A DNA stretch of 32,000 bases, from positions 1,110,001 to 1,142,000 of the forward strand of contig NC_016070.1 of NCBI RefSeq assembly GCF_000253055.1, read 5' to 3'. Positions within the stretch are counted from its first letter, which is position 1. Each line of letters begins with the position of its first letter. Positions 8,252 through 17,055 of this stretch are shown in pieces. The notes below the pieces were generated by a model, which worked only from the letters and a program-made list of their open reading frames with translations, did no database searches and was not told where the DNA came from. Position numbers and translations under genes: made by a program. The DNA comes from Thermoproteus tenax Kra 1. GTDB lineage: Archaea; Thermoproteota; Thermoprotei; Thermoproteales; Thermoproteaceae.

Positions 8252-9039
8252 ACGTTCAGAGGCTCGGCCAGCTTCTTTCCGCCGTACACCAACTCTGCAA
8301 GCGCTCTGGCGAACTTGAGGGCGTCCCTCCTCTGCCAGACGTTTCTGCCGACGGCAATGCCCAAGGCCCCCGCCTCAAGGACTCCCTCCACTTGTTTGAG
8401 GAAGTCCTCCTCAGTCTTCGTCTTGGGGCCTCCGGACATAAGCACAGGCACTTTGCCGGCCACTTTGACGGCCCAGGAGAAGGTCTTGGGATCTCCCGTG
8501 TACTTTATCTTCATAGCATCTGCGCCGAGCTCCAGGGCTATTCTCGCCGCGTAGGCGACGATCTCAGGCGCCGTCTCGTTGACGACTTTCCCGCCCCTCG
8601 GGTACGACCAGACCACCAGGGGCAGGTCGAATTTAACGGCGTCCCTCTTAATTCTGGCCAGCTCCTCAAACATCTTCCACTCAAAGCCGCTGCCTGGGTA
8701 TATTGTGTAGCCCACGGCGCTTGCGCCGAGGCTTACGGCCTCCTCGACGCTACAGTTGGCCACCGACACAGGCTCGCCGTTGTACAACGTCGTCTTGCCG
8801 TTGAGCTTCAATATCAGCGGCACGCTCCCGTCGTAGTACTTCTCGGCGATGCCCCTCTGGAACACAACTCCGTCGAAGCCGGCGTCCCTCGCGAGCCTCA
8901 GTATATACTCCGGGTCGGCTGAATCCGGGTTGTCCATGAAGTCCGCGGGCCCGTGCTCAATGCCGTGGTCGTAGGCCAGTATTATGGACTTCCCCCTCCT
9001 CGCGAATATCCTTAAGAATTTCTCGGTGAGGTTTGCCAT
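8248..9039 (-). CDS. fba: archaeal class I fructose-1,6-bisphosphate aldolase (DhnA/FbaB family)
   Basis: 263 aa. SIILAYDHGIEHGP, GASAVGYTIYPGS, ADAMKIKYTG, VLMSGGPKTKTEEDFL. 4-nt overlap with pfp. Confidence 0.93.
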   Translation of the reverse strand: MANLTEKFLRIFARRGKSIILAYDHGIEHGPADFMDNPDSADPEYILRLARDAGFDGVVFQRGIAEKYYDGSVPLILKLNGKTTLYNGEPVSVANCSVEEAVSLGASAVGYTIYPGSGFEWKMFEELARIKRDAVKFDLPLVVWSYPRGGKVVNETAPEIVAYAARIALELGADAMKIKYTGDPKTFSWAVKVAGKVPVLMSGGPKTKTEEDFLKQVEGVLEAGALGIAVGRNVWQRRDALKFARALAELVYGGKKLAEPLNV

Positions 9040-9199
9040 TGATCCTTGAGCAATTATCCATTTTAATATCTTTTTGTCTAAAGTATATTATTAAGTAGAG
9101 CAATTAATATAATGGGATATGAGTTTTATGATTTTATTGAAGTATATCTCTTGGATGCGCGTTAAATCGTTATATCGAGTCGACCGACGCCGCCATTGA

Positions 9200-9225
9200 G
9201 GCGGAGCCCCTCGGGCGGCTCCGCC
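9200..9225. promoter_or_regulatory. inverted repeat upstream of divergent gene start
   Basis: ggcggagcc (9200-9208) and ggctccgcc (9217-9225), perfect 9-nt arms with an 8-nt spacer, about 10 nt upstream of a TATA-like ctctataaac. Confidence 0.45.
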
Positions 9226-9264
9226 CGCGTTAACTCTATAAACAAGAGTCCGAAAGAGGGGTCC

Positions 9265-10119
9265 ATGCTCAGAGGGGCTATATCGGCGGTGTTGTCGTCG
9301 GACGAGGCCAGGGCGCGGGAGATCGCTGAGAGGCTCGGCAAGAGGGCCAGAGGTGAGGAGGGCGTGTACTACAGGAAGGTCGGCGAGCTTGTCAGAAGCG
9401 TCCTCGTGCCTGGCAACGGGAGCTTTCTTGATCTGGCGCGGGCTGTGTCGATATCTTCGTCTTTCTATCTCTATATGCCCCAGTTCACTTGGGCCGAGGG
9501 AGAGCTGGCTCTTCTCGTCGAGGCGGCGGGGATCCAAGGGGTCGTTATGGCCGAGGACAGACGAGCGTTCTCCAAATACTTCGGGGAGTTGGCTATGTCG
9601 AAGTATCTCTCGGACTTCAGAGAGTTGGACGTCGAAGTTCCCGACGTCGGGATAGTCTACGTGGACAGAGCCTTCAACGTGAGAGGGGTCGGGCTGGTGG
9701 CGCTCGGCTACGCTATGACGCAGATCGCCGTGCACGACGAGCTCGTCGCATTCCCAGGGGGCAAAAGGGTCGAGGTAAAGAGCATACAAGTGTTGGATGA
9801 AGACCAAGACGCGGTGGGACCCGGCGCGAGGGTCGGCTTGGCTCTCAAGGGGGCCAGCCTGGAGGAAATAAGGGAGGCGCAGGCGCTCCTCAAGCCCGGC
9901 GTCAAGACCGCGAGGGAGCTCAAATATGTGAAGTTCAAATGGAGCGAGGAGCCCAGAGACGTCCACGTGTTCATCAGAGGCGTCAAGGCCATGGGGAGGG
10001 CCGAGGGCGATACAATAAAGCTGAACGGAGAGATCCCGGCGGCGCCCGGGAGGGCCTTGGTAGTCAATGTGAACGCCAGGCCGAAAAAGCCCAGAGTTGT
10101 CGGCTACGCCGAGTTGTGA
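9265..10119 (+). CDS. protein with EF-Tu/SelB-like domain 2 but no recognisable GTPase domain
   Basis: Start moved from 9196 to ATG 9265 (TATA-like ctctataaac about 25 nt upstream). Segment DRAFNVRGVGLVALGYAMTQIAVHDELVAFPGGKRVEVKSIQVLDEDQDAVGPGARVGLALKG resembles the translation-factor beta-barrel domain 2. No Walker A or NKxD found. Confidence 0.65.
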   Translation: MLRGAISAVLSSDEARAREIAERLGKRARGEEGVYYRKVGELVRSVLVPGNGSFLDLARAVSISSSFYLYMPQFTWAEGELALLVEAAGIQGVVMAEDRRAFSKYFGELAMSKYLSDFRELDVEVPDVGIVYVDRAFNVRGVGLVALGYAMTQIAVHDELVAFPGGKRVEVKSIQVLDEDQDAVGPGARVGLALKGASLEEIREAQALLKPGVKTARELKYVKFKWSEEPRDVHVFIRGVKAMGRAEGDTIKLNGEIPAAPGRALVVNVNARPKKPRVVGYAEL

Positions 10120-10124
10120 GGGAG

Positions 10125-10556
10125 CTATCTCGTCTCGCTGACCATCTTTAAATTCTCCTCCATACAGCTGCCCATATGCTTCAAGAGGGTCAACATTATG
10201 CCCATAGCCTTTTGGACCTCGGGATCGCCCATCGCCTTCAACAGACCGAAGAGGCCCACTTTGGGCGCGCCCTGCTCAGCTATCTGTCTCAAGGCCTTGC
10301 TCGTGCACTGGACTCCTCCCTGCATAGCGGCGCCCATGGCGTTGATGTCGGCCGAGTCCATTATGGCCAACATAGATATCGCGGGCGCCGCCACTTTGAA
10401 CACTTGGATGTCGGCCATTAGGTGGGGCAGCTTCTCCAAGACGATCTTGAGGGGCAGAAGCAACGAGCTCAGCTCCTCGACCTCCTTCCTCAATGCCTCC
10501 ACTTGCGCCAGGAGCCTCTCGTACTCGGCCTTGGGTATAGTCACAACCTCGGTCAT
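10125..10556 (-). CDS. DUF1641 family protein
   Basis: 143 aa with coiled N-terminus and ...AAMQGGVQCTSKALRQIAEQGAPKVGLFGLLKAMGDPEVQKAMGIMLTLLKHMG. Overlaps the SQR gene by 4 nt, the usual neighbourhood of this family. Confidence 0.7.
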   Translation of the reverse strand: MTEVVTIPKAEYERLLAQVEALRKEVEELSSLLLPLKIVLEKLPHLMADIQVFKVAAPAISMLAIMDSADINAMGAAMQGGVQCTSKALRQIAEQGAPKVGLFGLLKAMGDPEVQKAMGIMLTLLKHMGSCMEENLKMVSETR

Positions 10557-11713
10557 GGCACTACGCCCAACAGCCAGTTGAAGTACACTTTCTCGAACAT
10601 CTCTTTGAATATCCTAGTCACAGGCGACGGCGGCAGGAACATACAGTCAGGGTAGGGCTTGAGCTTTTTGACGTACGGAGTGAAGTCGCAGGCGGCGGCC
10701 ATTCCGTAGGCTCCGACGTCTAGGGCGCAGGTCCCCACGATTCTGAACGGCGGATTCCCAATGGAGACGCCCGCCACGTCGGCCACTATGTTGTTGACGA
10801 CCCAGGGGGCGTAGGAGTGCAGTATAGTGCCAGCCATGCCGACCGGCAGGTTGGGGGCCACTAGGTCGCCGATGAGGTACACGTCGTCGTACTTCTCGCT
10901 GCGGAAGTCGCCGTTGGGCGGGCTCCTGATGGCGCCCCAGCCGTTCTTGGCCAAATCCGAGTTCAAGACTGCGTCCGGCGCCTTGTGCGGCGGGACGATG
11001 AACGCGGCGTCGAACTTGACTCTCTCGCCGGTGGCTGTCTCCAGCTCGTTTTTGCCCAACGACTTAATGGCCGGGTTCTGGCCCACGCCTATGTACTCCA
11101 CGCCCAGCTGTTGTAGGAAGCTGGTCATCCATTTGGCGGCCACCGGCCCGAAGTTCTCGAAGGGCCTCTTCATGGGGTGCACCACCACGATCTTCACTTT
11201 GTCCCTCAAATTCCTCGTGAGGTAGTAGAAATGCGTCAACATCGCGAGCTCTATGGGGGCGGGCGGGCAGCGGTACGGCATACTGTGGACGCCTATGACG
11301 ACGGTGCCCTGTTTCACATTGGCCAGAGTCTCCGCCACCTTCAGAGAGGGCTCAAGCTCCCACGTATGCGGAAAGCCTGTGTCGATAGTCTCGGCGCCTA
11401 ACGCCACTATGAGGACGTCGTACGCCATATCGCCCGCGGTGGTCTTCACCTTTCTATTGGCTGGGTCGATCGCAGTGACCTTCGCTTTGACGAATTTAAC
11501 TCCATATCTCTCAACCAACGATAGAGGCGCCGATATCTGCTCCGGCCTTCTGTACCCGAACGCAACGTAGAGGTAGGACGGTCTGAACTCGGTTCTGTCA
11601 TTCATATCGACCAGAGTTATCTCTGCGTCTTGCGGCCCGAGCCTCTCCCTTAGCTCCTTCGCCATTATCAAGCCGCCAGTCCCTCCTCCGAGTATCAATA
11701 TTTTTTTAGGCAT
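10553..11713 (-). CDS. sqr: sulfide:quinone oxidoreductase-like FAD/NAD(P)-dependent oxidoreductase
   Basis: Start set at ATG 11713 (MPKKILILGGGTGGLIMAKELRERL; the track extension to 11890 is non-homologous). GxGxxG FAD motif, VGMAGTILHSYAPWVVNNIV, VYLIGDLVAPNLP. Confidence 0.83.
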   Translation of the reverse strand: MPKKILILGGGTGGLIMAKELRERLGPQDAEITLVDMNDRTEFRPSYLYVAFGYRRPEQISAPLSLVERYGVKFVKAKVTAIDPANRKVKTTAGDMAYDVLIVALGAETIDTGFPHTWELEPSLKVAETLANVKQGTVVIGVHSMPYRCPPAPIELAMLTHFYYLTRNLRDKVKIVVVHPMKRPFENFGPVAAKWMTSFLQQLGVEYIGVGQNPAIKSLGKNELETATGERVKFDAAFIVPPHKAPDAVLNSDLAKNGWGAIRSPPNGDFRSEKYDDVYLIGDLVAPNLPVGMAGTILHSYAPWVVNNIVADVAGVSIGNPPFRIVGTCALDVGAYGMAAACDFTPYVKKLKPYPDCMFLPPSPVTRIFKEMFEKVYFNWLLGVVP

Positions 11714-11783
11714 ATCGGGCGAGAAAGAGCACATAAACTTAAGCTTAGCTATAATCTGTGTACATAAATAGACGTATAGCTGG

Positions 11784-12236
11784 CTAGGCAGATGAGAGGC
11801 CGCAGTCCACGTATAATATATCCTCGGCCTGCTCCGTCCTGCAGCCGACTCCGTCCATGAGCCCCTTGATGGTGGCCAGAATGGCGGCATCGGAAGATCT
11901 GAAGGCGTTGCCCGCCCTGTGAACCCCGAAGATCTGCGGGCCCACCCTCGTCATCACGTCGAGAAACTCCGCCGGGCCGTAGTAGGCGCGAAGGAGGGCG
12001 CCGGCCTTTAGCCCAACTTCGTATCCCCCTCTCCCCAAGCCCAAGGCCCGGGCGATTCTACACACATGTGGGACGTCCACTGGGTCGACGCCGTGGTCGA
12101 CTAGGTCCAACGCCGCTCTGACCAACGCAGTAACGACGTCTGTGTACCTCCTGCCTATCTTTTTGAGCCTCTTGGAGAGCTCCTCGGCAAGCCCCTTCTC
12201 CACGGCGAGCCGCGCGTACTTCGGAGCCATGTACAC
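11784..12236 (-). CDS. hypothetical protein, possible RHH/helical N-terminus
   Basis: 150-aa ORF in codirectional cluster. N-terminal layout similar to the next gene. Confidence 0.6.
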   Translation of the reverse strand: MYMAPKYARLAVEKGLAEELSKRLKKIGRRYTDVVTALVRAALDLVDHGVDPVDVPHVCRIARALGLGRGGYEVGLKAGALLRAYYGPAEFLDVMTRVGPQIFGVHRAGNAFRSSDAAILATIKGLMDGVGCRTEQAEDILYVDCGLSSA

Positions 12237-12251
12237 AAATGTTCACTATTT

Positions 12252-12809
12252 TTAATTGCAACGCGCCTTCACCTCGACGGCCAGCCCTGCCGCCTTCACC
12301 TCAGCTCTGCAGCCGAACTCGCCGGCCGCCTCCTCCACGAAATAATAGAAACACTTCTCCAGCCCCTCTCCCGGCGCAGTGAAGGCGATCCTCCACTCTT
12401 GGTCGGACCGAGACGCGGTTATCTTCACGGCAGGTAGATAGGAGAAGAAGACCACCGCCGTGGACACAGCCTCGGAGAAGGAGCCGTACACTGAGGCGGC
12501 CAGTCTGCCGAACTTTCTGCCGCTGTCCCTCAACACCTCCTGAACATCTCTGTCCTCACATATGTTCCACTTATGCGCCAGAGTCTGGAGCAGGGCGAGC
12601 GGGGCGGGGATTATATCGAAGGCCAACAGGAGCTCGAAGAATTTGTATAAATCGAGCGCCTTAGTGGGCGTGACGCCCCTCCTCAGCAGGGCCATGGCCA
12701 ACTTCAGCGAGTCGGAGACCACCTTGCTCTCTTGGAGCCCTTGGGCCTTGGCGGCGGCTGAGACCTCCTCTGCGATGTCCTTGTCCACAGGTAGACTCGT
12801 CTTGGACAT
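12252..12809 (-). CDS. hypothetical protein with possible RHH-like N-terminus
   Basis: 185-aa ORF: MSKTSLPVDKDIAEEVSAAAKAQGLQESKVVSDSLKLAMALL resembles ribbon-helix-helix style N-termini. Confidence 0.6.
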   Translation of the reverse strand: MSKTSLPVDKDIAEEVSAAAKAQGLQESKVVSDSLKLAMALLRRGVTPTKALDLYKFFELLLAFDIIPAPLALLQTLAHKWNICEDRDVQEVLRDSGRKFGRLAASVYGSFSEAVSTAVVFFSYLPAVKITASRSDQEWRIAFTAPGEGLEKCFYYFVEEAAGEFGCRAEVKAAGLAVEVKARCN

Positions 12810-12832
12810 AAAATGGGCCGGCTCCCCGCCTT

Positions 12833-13660
12833 TTAGAAGCTTCTCCTCACTACGTACTGTTTTGCTTTGTCGAGTTGGGCGACGGGCGGAGGGGCCCGTT
12901 TGTGGGCGTTCTGTCTCACCCTCCTGAGGATCGTCTCCACCTTCGTCTTAGACACGCCGGTCTCCCTGGGGATATCCTCCTTGGGTATACCCAGCTCGTA
13001 AGCGTAGAGCACTAAGTCCACCTCTCCGTACTTTAGGCCCAGCTCCCCCTCGGCCGTGTGGCCTGCCCACAGCCTGGGCGCTGAGGGCTTCAGCGCTATA
13101 GACTCGGGGAGGCCCAAGAACTTCGCCATCTCTCTCACTTGCGTCTTGTAGAGATCGCCTATGGGCAATATGTCCACTCCGCCGTCTCCGTATTTGGTGA
13201 AATAGCCGAGCATGAGCTCGCTCTTGTCCCCCGTCCCGACGACGAGGAGGTTGTTCTTATTGGCGTAGTAGTACAACACGGCCATCCTTATCCTCGCCAT
13301 TAGATTGCCCCGGGCGACTGCGTCGTTCTCGTCATATATGGGGAGGTAGGAGAAGGCCGACAGAAGCTGGTCTATGGATATGACGTAGTGCCTCACGCCC
13401 AACCTCTTGGCGAGGGCGACTGCGTCCTCGACGTCTTGTCTGGGGGTGAAGCCGCTCGGGAGGACCAGGGCGGTGACCTTCCTAGGGCCGAGGGCCTCGG
13501 CGGTCAGAGCGAGAGTCGTACACGAGTCTACGCCGCCGCTGACGCCGACGACAGCCCCCTTGACTCTAGCCTCGGAGATGTACCGAGCTATAAAGTTCGT
13601 GATCTCATCCTTCGCTCTGCTGTAGTTTATGGCGCTGATTACGTCGGCCAGAGTTATCAT
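12833..13660 (-). CDS. nadE: NH3-dependent NAD+ synthetase
   Basis: 275 aa. VVGVSGGVDSCTT, VGTGDKSELMLGYFTKYGDGGVDILPIGDLYKTQVREMAKFLGLPESI, KPSAPRLWAGHTAEGELG. No glutaminase domain. Confidence 0.94.
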   Translation of the reverse strand: MITLADVISAINYSRAKDEITNFIARYISEARVKGAVVGVSGGVDSCTTLALTAEALGPRKVTALVLPSGFTPRQDVEDAVALAKRLGVRHYVISIDQLLSAFSYLPIYDENDAVARGNLMARIRMAVLYYYANKNNLLVVGTGDKSELMLGYFTKYGDGGVDILPIGDLYKTQVREMAKFLGLPESIALKPSAPRLWAGHTAEGELGLKYGEVDLVLYAYELGIPKEDIPRETGVSKTKVETILRRVRQNAHKRAPPPVAQLDKAKQYVVRRSF

Positions 13661-13983
13661 GCAAGCCTCTCGCCATTTCTAATTCTCCACGCCTCGAGCA
13701 CCGGTATAACGAAGATTCTGCCGTCCCCCAAGTGGCCCGTCCGGGCCGCCTCCATTATGACCTTGACCACCTTCTCGGCCTTGTCGTCCTCAACGGCGAC
13801 CTCGACCACCGCTCTGGGCAGAAGCGCCTCATACTTCCTCCCGCGGATAGTTATAGCGCCGCTTTCGCCTCCCATGCCGCCGACATCTCTATATACCGTC
13901 GCGCCCGTGAACCCCTCCTTGACCAACGCGTCAATGACGTCGGCGACTTTGTCCTCCCTTATCACCGCGCGGACTAGCCTCAT
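13657..13983 (-). CDS. glnK: PII nitrogen regulatory protein
   Basis: 108 aa. MRLVRAVIREDKVADVIDALVKEGFTGATV...LLPRAVVEVAVEDDKAEKVVKVIMEAARTGHLGDGRIFVIPVLEAWRIRNGE. Overlaps nadE and amt by 4 nt each. Confidence 0.93.
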   Translation of the reverse strand: MRLVRAVIREDKVADVIDALVKEGFTGATVYRDVGGMGGESGAITIRGRKYEALLPRAVVEVAVEDDKAEKVVKVIMEAARTGHLGDGRIFVIPVLEAWRIRNGERLA

Positions 13984-15215
13984 GGCCTGATAACGCCGTG
14001 GTCTACGGCGTCTAGTCCCACCAGCTCCTCCTCCTCAGTGACGCGGAAGCCCAGCTTGGCCAACGCCCAGAAGAAGGCTGCGGTGGTGGCCACTACGAAC
14101 GAGAGCGCGATGGCCATGCCAAGCCACTGGACCAATACCCAGCCCACAGGTCCTCCGTAGATCAAGCCGGCCATCCCGGCGACTTTGGGCGACGACAGTA
14201 TCGGAACCAAGGCGCTCCCCAAGACTCCGTTGAAGCCGTGGGCGGGGAGGCCGCCGACGGGGTCGTCTATGGGTATAAACCTCTCGACAAGCTTAGTGCC
14301 GTAGAAGGTGACGGCCCCCGCCAACGCCCCCACCAGAAAGGCTGAGGGCACTTCCACGAACCCAGCGAGGGGAGTTATCATGACGAGACCGCCGATCACT
14401 CCGCCTATGGCCTGGACGGGGCCCCAGACGCCCTCGCGCCTCGCCAGAAGTAGCGAGACGAGGCCGCCGAGAGAGCCTGCTATCGCCGTGTTTGCTATTG
14501 CGTAGCCGGTCTGCGGCGAAACGACCAGCGTGGAGCCTCCGTTGAAGCCGAACCATCCGAAGAACAATAGAGCGGTGCCCACGATGGCGTAGGGGAGCTC
14601 GGCCTTTCTGTACTCTATGGCCTCCTTGTAGGCGAAAGTGTGGTCCTCTCCGTTTAGGGCGGCGCGCTTGAGGAGGGAGTGCCCCAATATGGCCGTGGCC
14701 ACGGCCCCGGCGAGGCCGGCGTACGCGTGCACCACAGTCCCTCCGGCGAAGTCGCGCACACCATACCCCGGAACGCCGAGGTAGTTGCCCAAGTTGTACA
14801 AGAAGCCGTTCCCCCATATCCAGGAGGCCACTAGCGGCCACTGAACTGCCGAGAAGAACACAGCATATGCCAGCCAGCCCCCAAATTTAAGCCTTTCCGG
14901 CGCCCCAGCGAAGATCAACGCCAATGTCACTGCTCCGAAGGCCCCCAGGAAGAAGGCGTACACCAGATCGGGTATGCCGGCGTCGGACCCCACCGGCAGA
15001 TAGCCGTCCTGGAGAACCCCCGAGAAGTAGAACGGGAAAACTAGGAACCAGATAGGGAAAAAGACCATGAAGGCCAACATGCCCTTCATCATGGCGTTGA
15101 TGACGTTGGACCGGCGCACTAGGCCCGCCTCAAGAAAGCCTATTGCTGGTATCATTAGAAAGACCAATATGCCCCCCACGGCGGTCCAGATAGTGGCGCC
15201 CACGTCGATCTGCAT
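13980..15215 (-). CDS. amtB: ammonium transporter (Amt family), copy 1
   Basis: Start set at ATG 15215 (MQIDVGATIWTAVGGILVFLMIPAIGFLEAGLVRRSNVINAMMKG); a TATA-like aatatattta lies about 25 nt upstream. GFNGGSTLVV and HAYAGLAGAVAT motifs. Confidence 0.92.
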   Translation of the reverse strand: MQIDVGATIWTAVGGILVFLMIPAIGFLEAGLVRRSNVINAMMKGMLAFMVFFPIWFLVFPFYFSGVLQDGYLPVGSDAGIPDLVYAFFLGAFGAVTLALIFAGAPERLKFGGWLAYAVFFSAVQWPLVASWIWGNGFLYNLGNYLGVPGYGVRDFAGGTVVHAYAGLAGAVATAILGHSLLKRAALNGEDHTFAYKEAIEYRKAELPYAIVGTALLFFGWFGFNGGSTLVVSPQTGYAIANTAIAGSLGGLVSLLLARREGVWGPVQAIGGVIGGLVMITPLAGFVEVPSAFLVGALAGAVTFYGTKLVERFIPIDDPVGGLPAHGFNGVLGSALVPILSSPKVAGMAGLIYGGPVGWVLVQWLGMAIALSFVVATTAAFFWALAKLGFRVTEEEELVGLDAVDHGVIRP

Positions 15216-15433
15216 AGGGCGCGTTCTCCGAGCTAATAAATATATTTCCGGAAGAAAGTTCATATAACCTGTGATCTATTGGTATATTTTACATTTCTAT
15301 TCGTTGCCTATAAAAATGCTCCACATTATAACGAATCCTAACCCGAAAAAAGTTCCTTCTTAACTTAGAAAAGTTTGTCAAATAATATATAATCTATAAA
15401 GAGTTTTCAAAAAAGTATATAGGCTGATCTCAA

Positions 15434-17020
15434 TCACTTAATATATGTGCCAGCCCGGGGGGCCAGCTGGAGCCCGACGCCTCCGTGGCGCGTCCACCTA
15501 TCGCCGACCTTTATGAGCAAAGGCAGTGAGACCGAGACGCCGGTGATTAGGGCCATGTCCTCGTCGAGGCCTCTGAGCTGGTATGGATCGTCCAGATGCT
15601 CCGCCGCTGCGGCGACATATCTGAGGTCCACAGGGTTTATTATCCTCTTGAATATCTGAGTCATACACTGGGAGAGAGCATCGGGGTCCAGCTTGGTGGG
15701 CCTCTGCGAGATGAGGCAGAGGCCTACGCCGAACTTCCTCCCCTCTCTGGCGATCTTGACGGCGTAGGGCTTGCTGACGGGGGACTCCCTCGCCGGCACA
15801 AAGTTGTGCGCCTCCTCCAATACGACCAACGTCGGCACATTGAGCCTCCTCAGAGCCGCCTTGTAGATGCCGTCCAGAGCTACGGCTAGGAAGATCCTCT
15901 GGTCGAACAGATCCAGGCCGGAGAGGTCGAACACCCTCACTCCGGGCGAGGAGACCGCTTTGACGGGATCGAAGAGCCTCACGGGCTCTCCCGCGTAGAC
16001 TTCGCCGTATCTCTCAAGAAAGACGGGGCTCCCCTTGAACAAAGCCCTGAGCCTCCCGGCCAGCCCTCCCAGAGCCATCTCCCCCGCGTATCCCGCCGGA
16101 GCGGCCGCCTTCCCCTCCTGGATCACCTCATCTATCAACTCCTCAACGTCGGTCAAAGGCTGTCTATCGCCGTAGGAGGTCGCCCTCTGCCAACCCTCCT
16201 CGAGGATCCTCCTCTGGGCGTCGGTGAGGCCGTAGGAGGACTCCAGAAGCCTCTCCAGAACCCTTAGGGGGAGGGAGCGCGGGTTTATGCCGACTCTGGT
16301 GTAGCGGCGCACAGCTCCGAATTTAGCCTCGAAGGCTCTGTCCTGCGCTGATACGTCCACTTTGCCGACGACGTAGAGCTCAATCTGTTCCGACACGGCC
16401 TTGCCCTCCTCCGACTGCGGAATCTGCATAGCCGAGTACTCCCCGTGGGGGTCGAAGACGAGCACAGACACGTTGGCCGCAGCGGCGAGGCGCTCTATGA
16501 TGACTCCGGCGAGCCAAGACTTACCAGCGCCCGTGCTAGCCAATATGGCGCAGTGCTGCGAGACCAACTTGTTGGCGTCCACCAACGCCGGCACGTCGTA
16601 GCCCCACACTCTGCCTAGCTCTATATAGGGGCCCTCCCCCTTAGGCGTCAACAGCTTGGCCACGAGCTCCGGCGGCGCCTTGTAGACGTAGTCCAACGGC
16701 TTGAGCGGCCTCAGAGGCCTCCCCAGCCTCTCGCCTCTCACCACCCCCAAGATCACCGCCTTGGCCTCTGTGTAGTACAACGCAGCGTCGATGTTAAGTT
16801 TATCTCTAATGTATTTGACCGACTCCAAGTCGTCGAGCTGCGCCACCAGTCTGGCGTCCATGACGACGCTCCTCCTTCTGACGGCCACAGTCTTGGCCAA
16901 CACCTGCTCCCCCGAGCCGGCCAGCACAAGGGAGCCGCCCTCGGCCTCGACGTTCAAGAAAGTTCTGAATATGAAGTGGGTGGTCGAAGGCGCCTTGACG
17001 ACGACGCCTATGGGCTCCAC
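15434..17020 (-). CDS. herA: HerA-like bipolar DNA helicase/translocase ATPase
   Basis: 528 aa. HAS-barrel-like N-terminus, Walker A ILASTGAGKSWLAG, LVFDPHGEYS, Walker B TLVVLEEAHNFVP, CLISQRPTKLDPDALSQC. Confidence 0.88.
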   Translation of the reverse strand: MEPIGVVVKAPSTTHFIFRTFLNVEAEGGSLVLAGSGEQVLAKTVAVRRRSVVMDARLVAQLDDLESVKYIRDKLNIDAALYYTEAKAVILGVVRGERLGRPLRPLKPLDYVYKAPPELVAKLLTPKGEGPYIELGRVWGYDVPALVDANKLVSQHCAILASTGAGKSWLAGVIIERLAAAANVSVLVFDPHGEYSAMQIPQSEEGKAVSEQIELYVVGKVDVSAQDRAFEAKFGAVRRYTRVGINPRSLPLRVLERLLESSYGLTDAQRRILEEGWQRATSYGDRQPLTDVEELIDEVIQEGKAAAPAGYAGEMALGGLAGRLRALFKGSPVFLERYGEVYAGEPVRLFDPVKAVSSPGVRVFDLSGLDLFDQRIFLAVALDGIYKAALRRLNVPTLVVLEEAHNFVPARESPVSKPYAVKIAREGRKFGVGLCLISQRPTKLDPDALSQCMTQIFKRIINPVDLRYVAAAAEHLDDPYQLRGLDEDMALITGVSVSLPLLIKVGDRWTRHGGVGLQLAPRAGTYIK

Positions 17021-17055
17021 ATAATGGCGCCCTCAAGCAAATATCAACCCATTAG

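Noticed and set aside
7463-8554. 363-aa plus-strand ORF across pfp/fba
   Set aside because: Antisense to two unmistakable enzymes. It is low-complexity translation typical of GC-rich complementary frames, with no recognisable motif.
9091-9966. 291-aa minus-strand ORF antisense to the EF-Tu-domain-2 gene
   Set aside because: The opposite strand carries a recognisable domain and a promoter with good spacing. The antisense product has no motif.
10553-11890. N-terminal extension of the SQR ORF to 11890
   Set aside because: The first 59 residues are unrelated to the flavoprotein family. MPKKILILGGGTGG at 11713 is the natural start.
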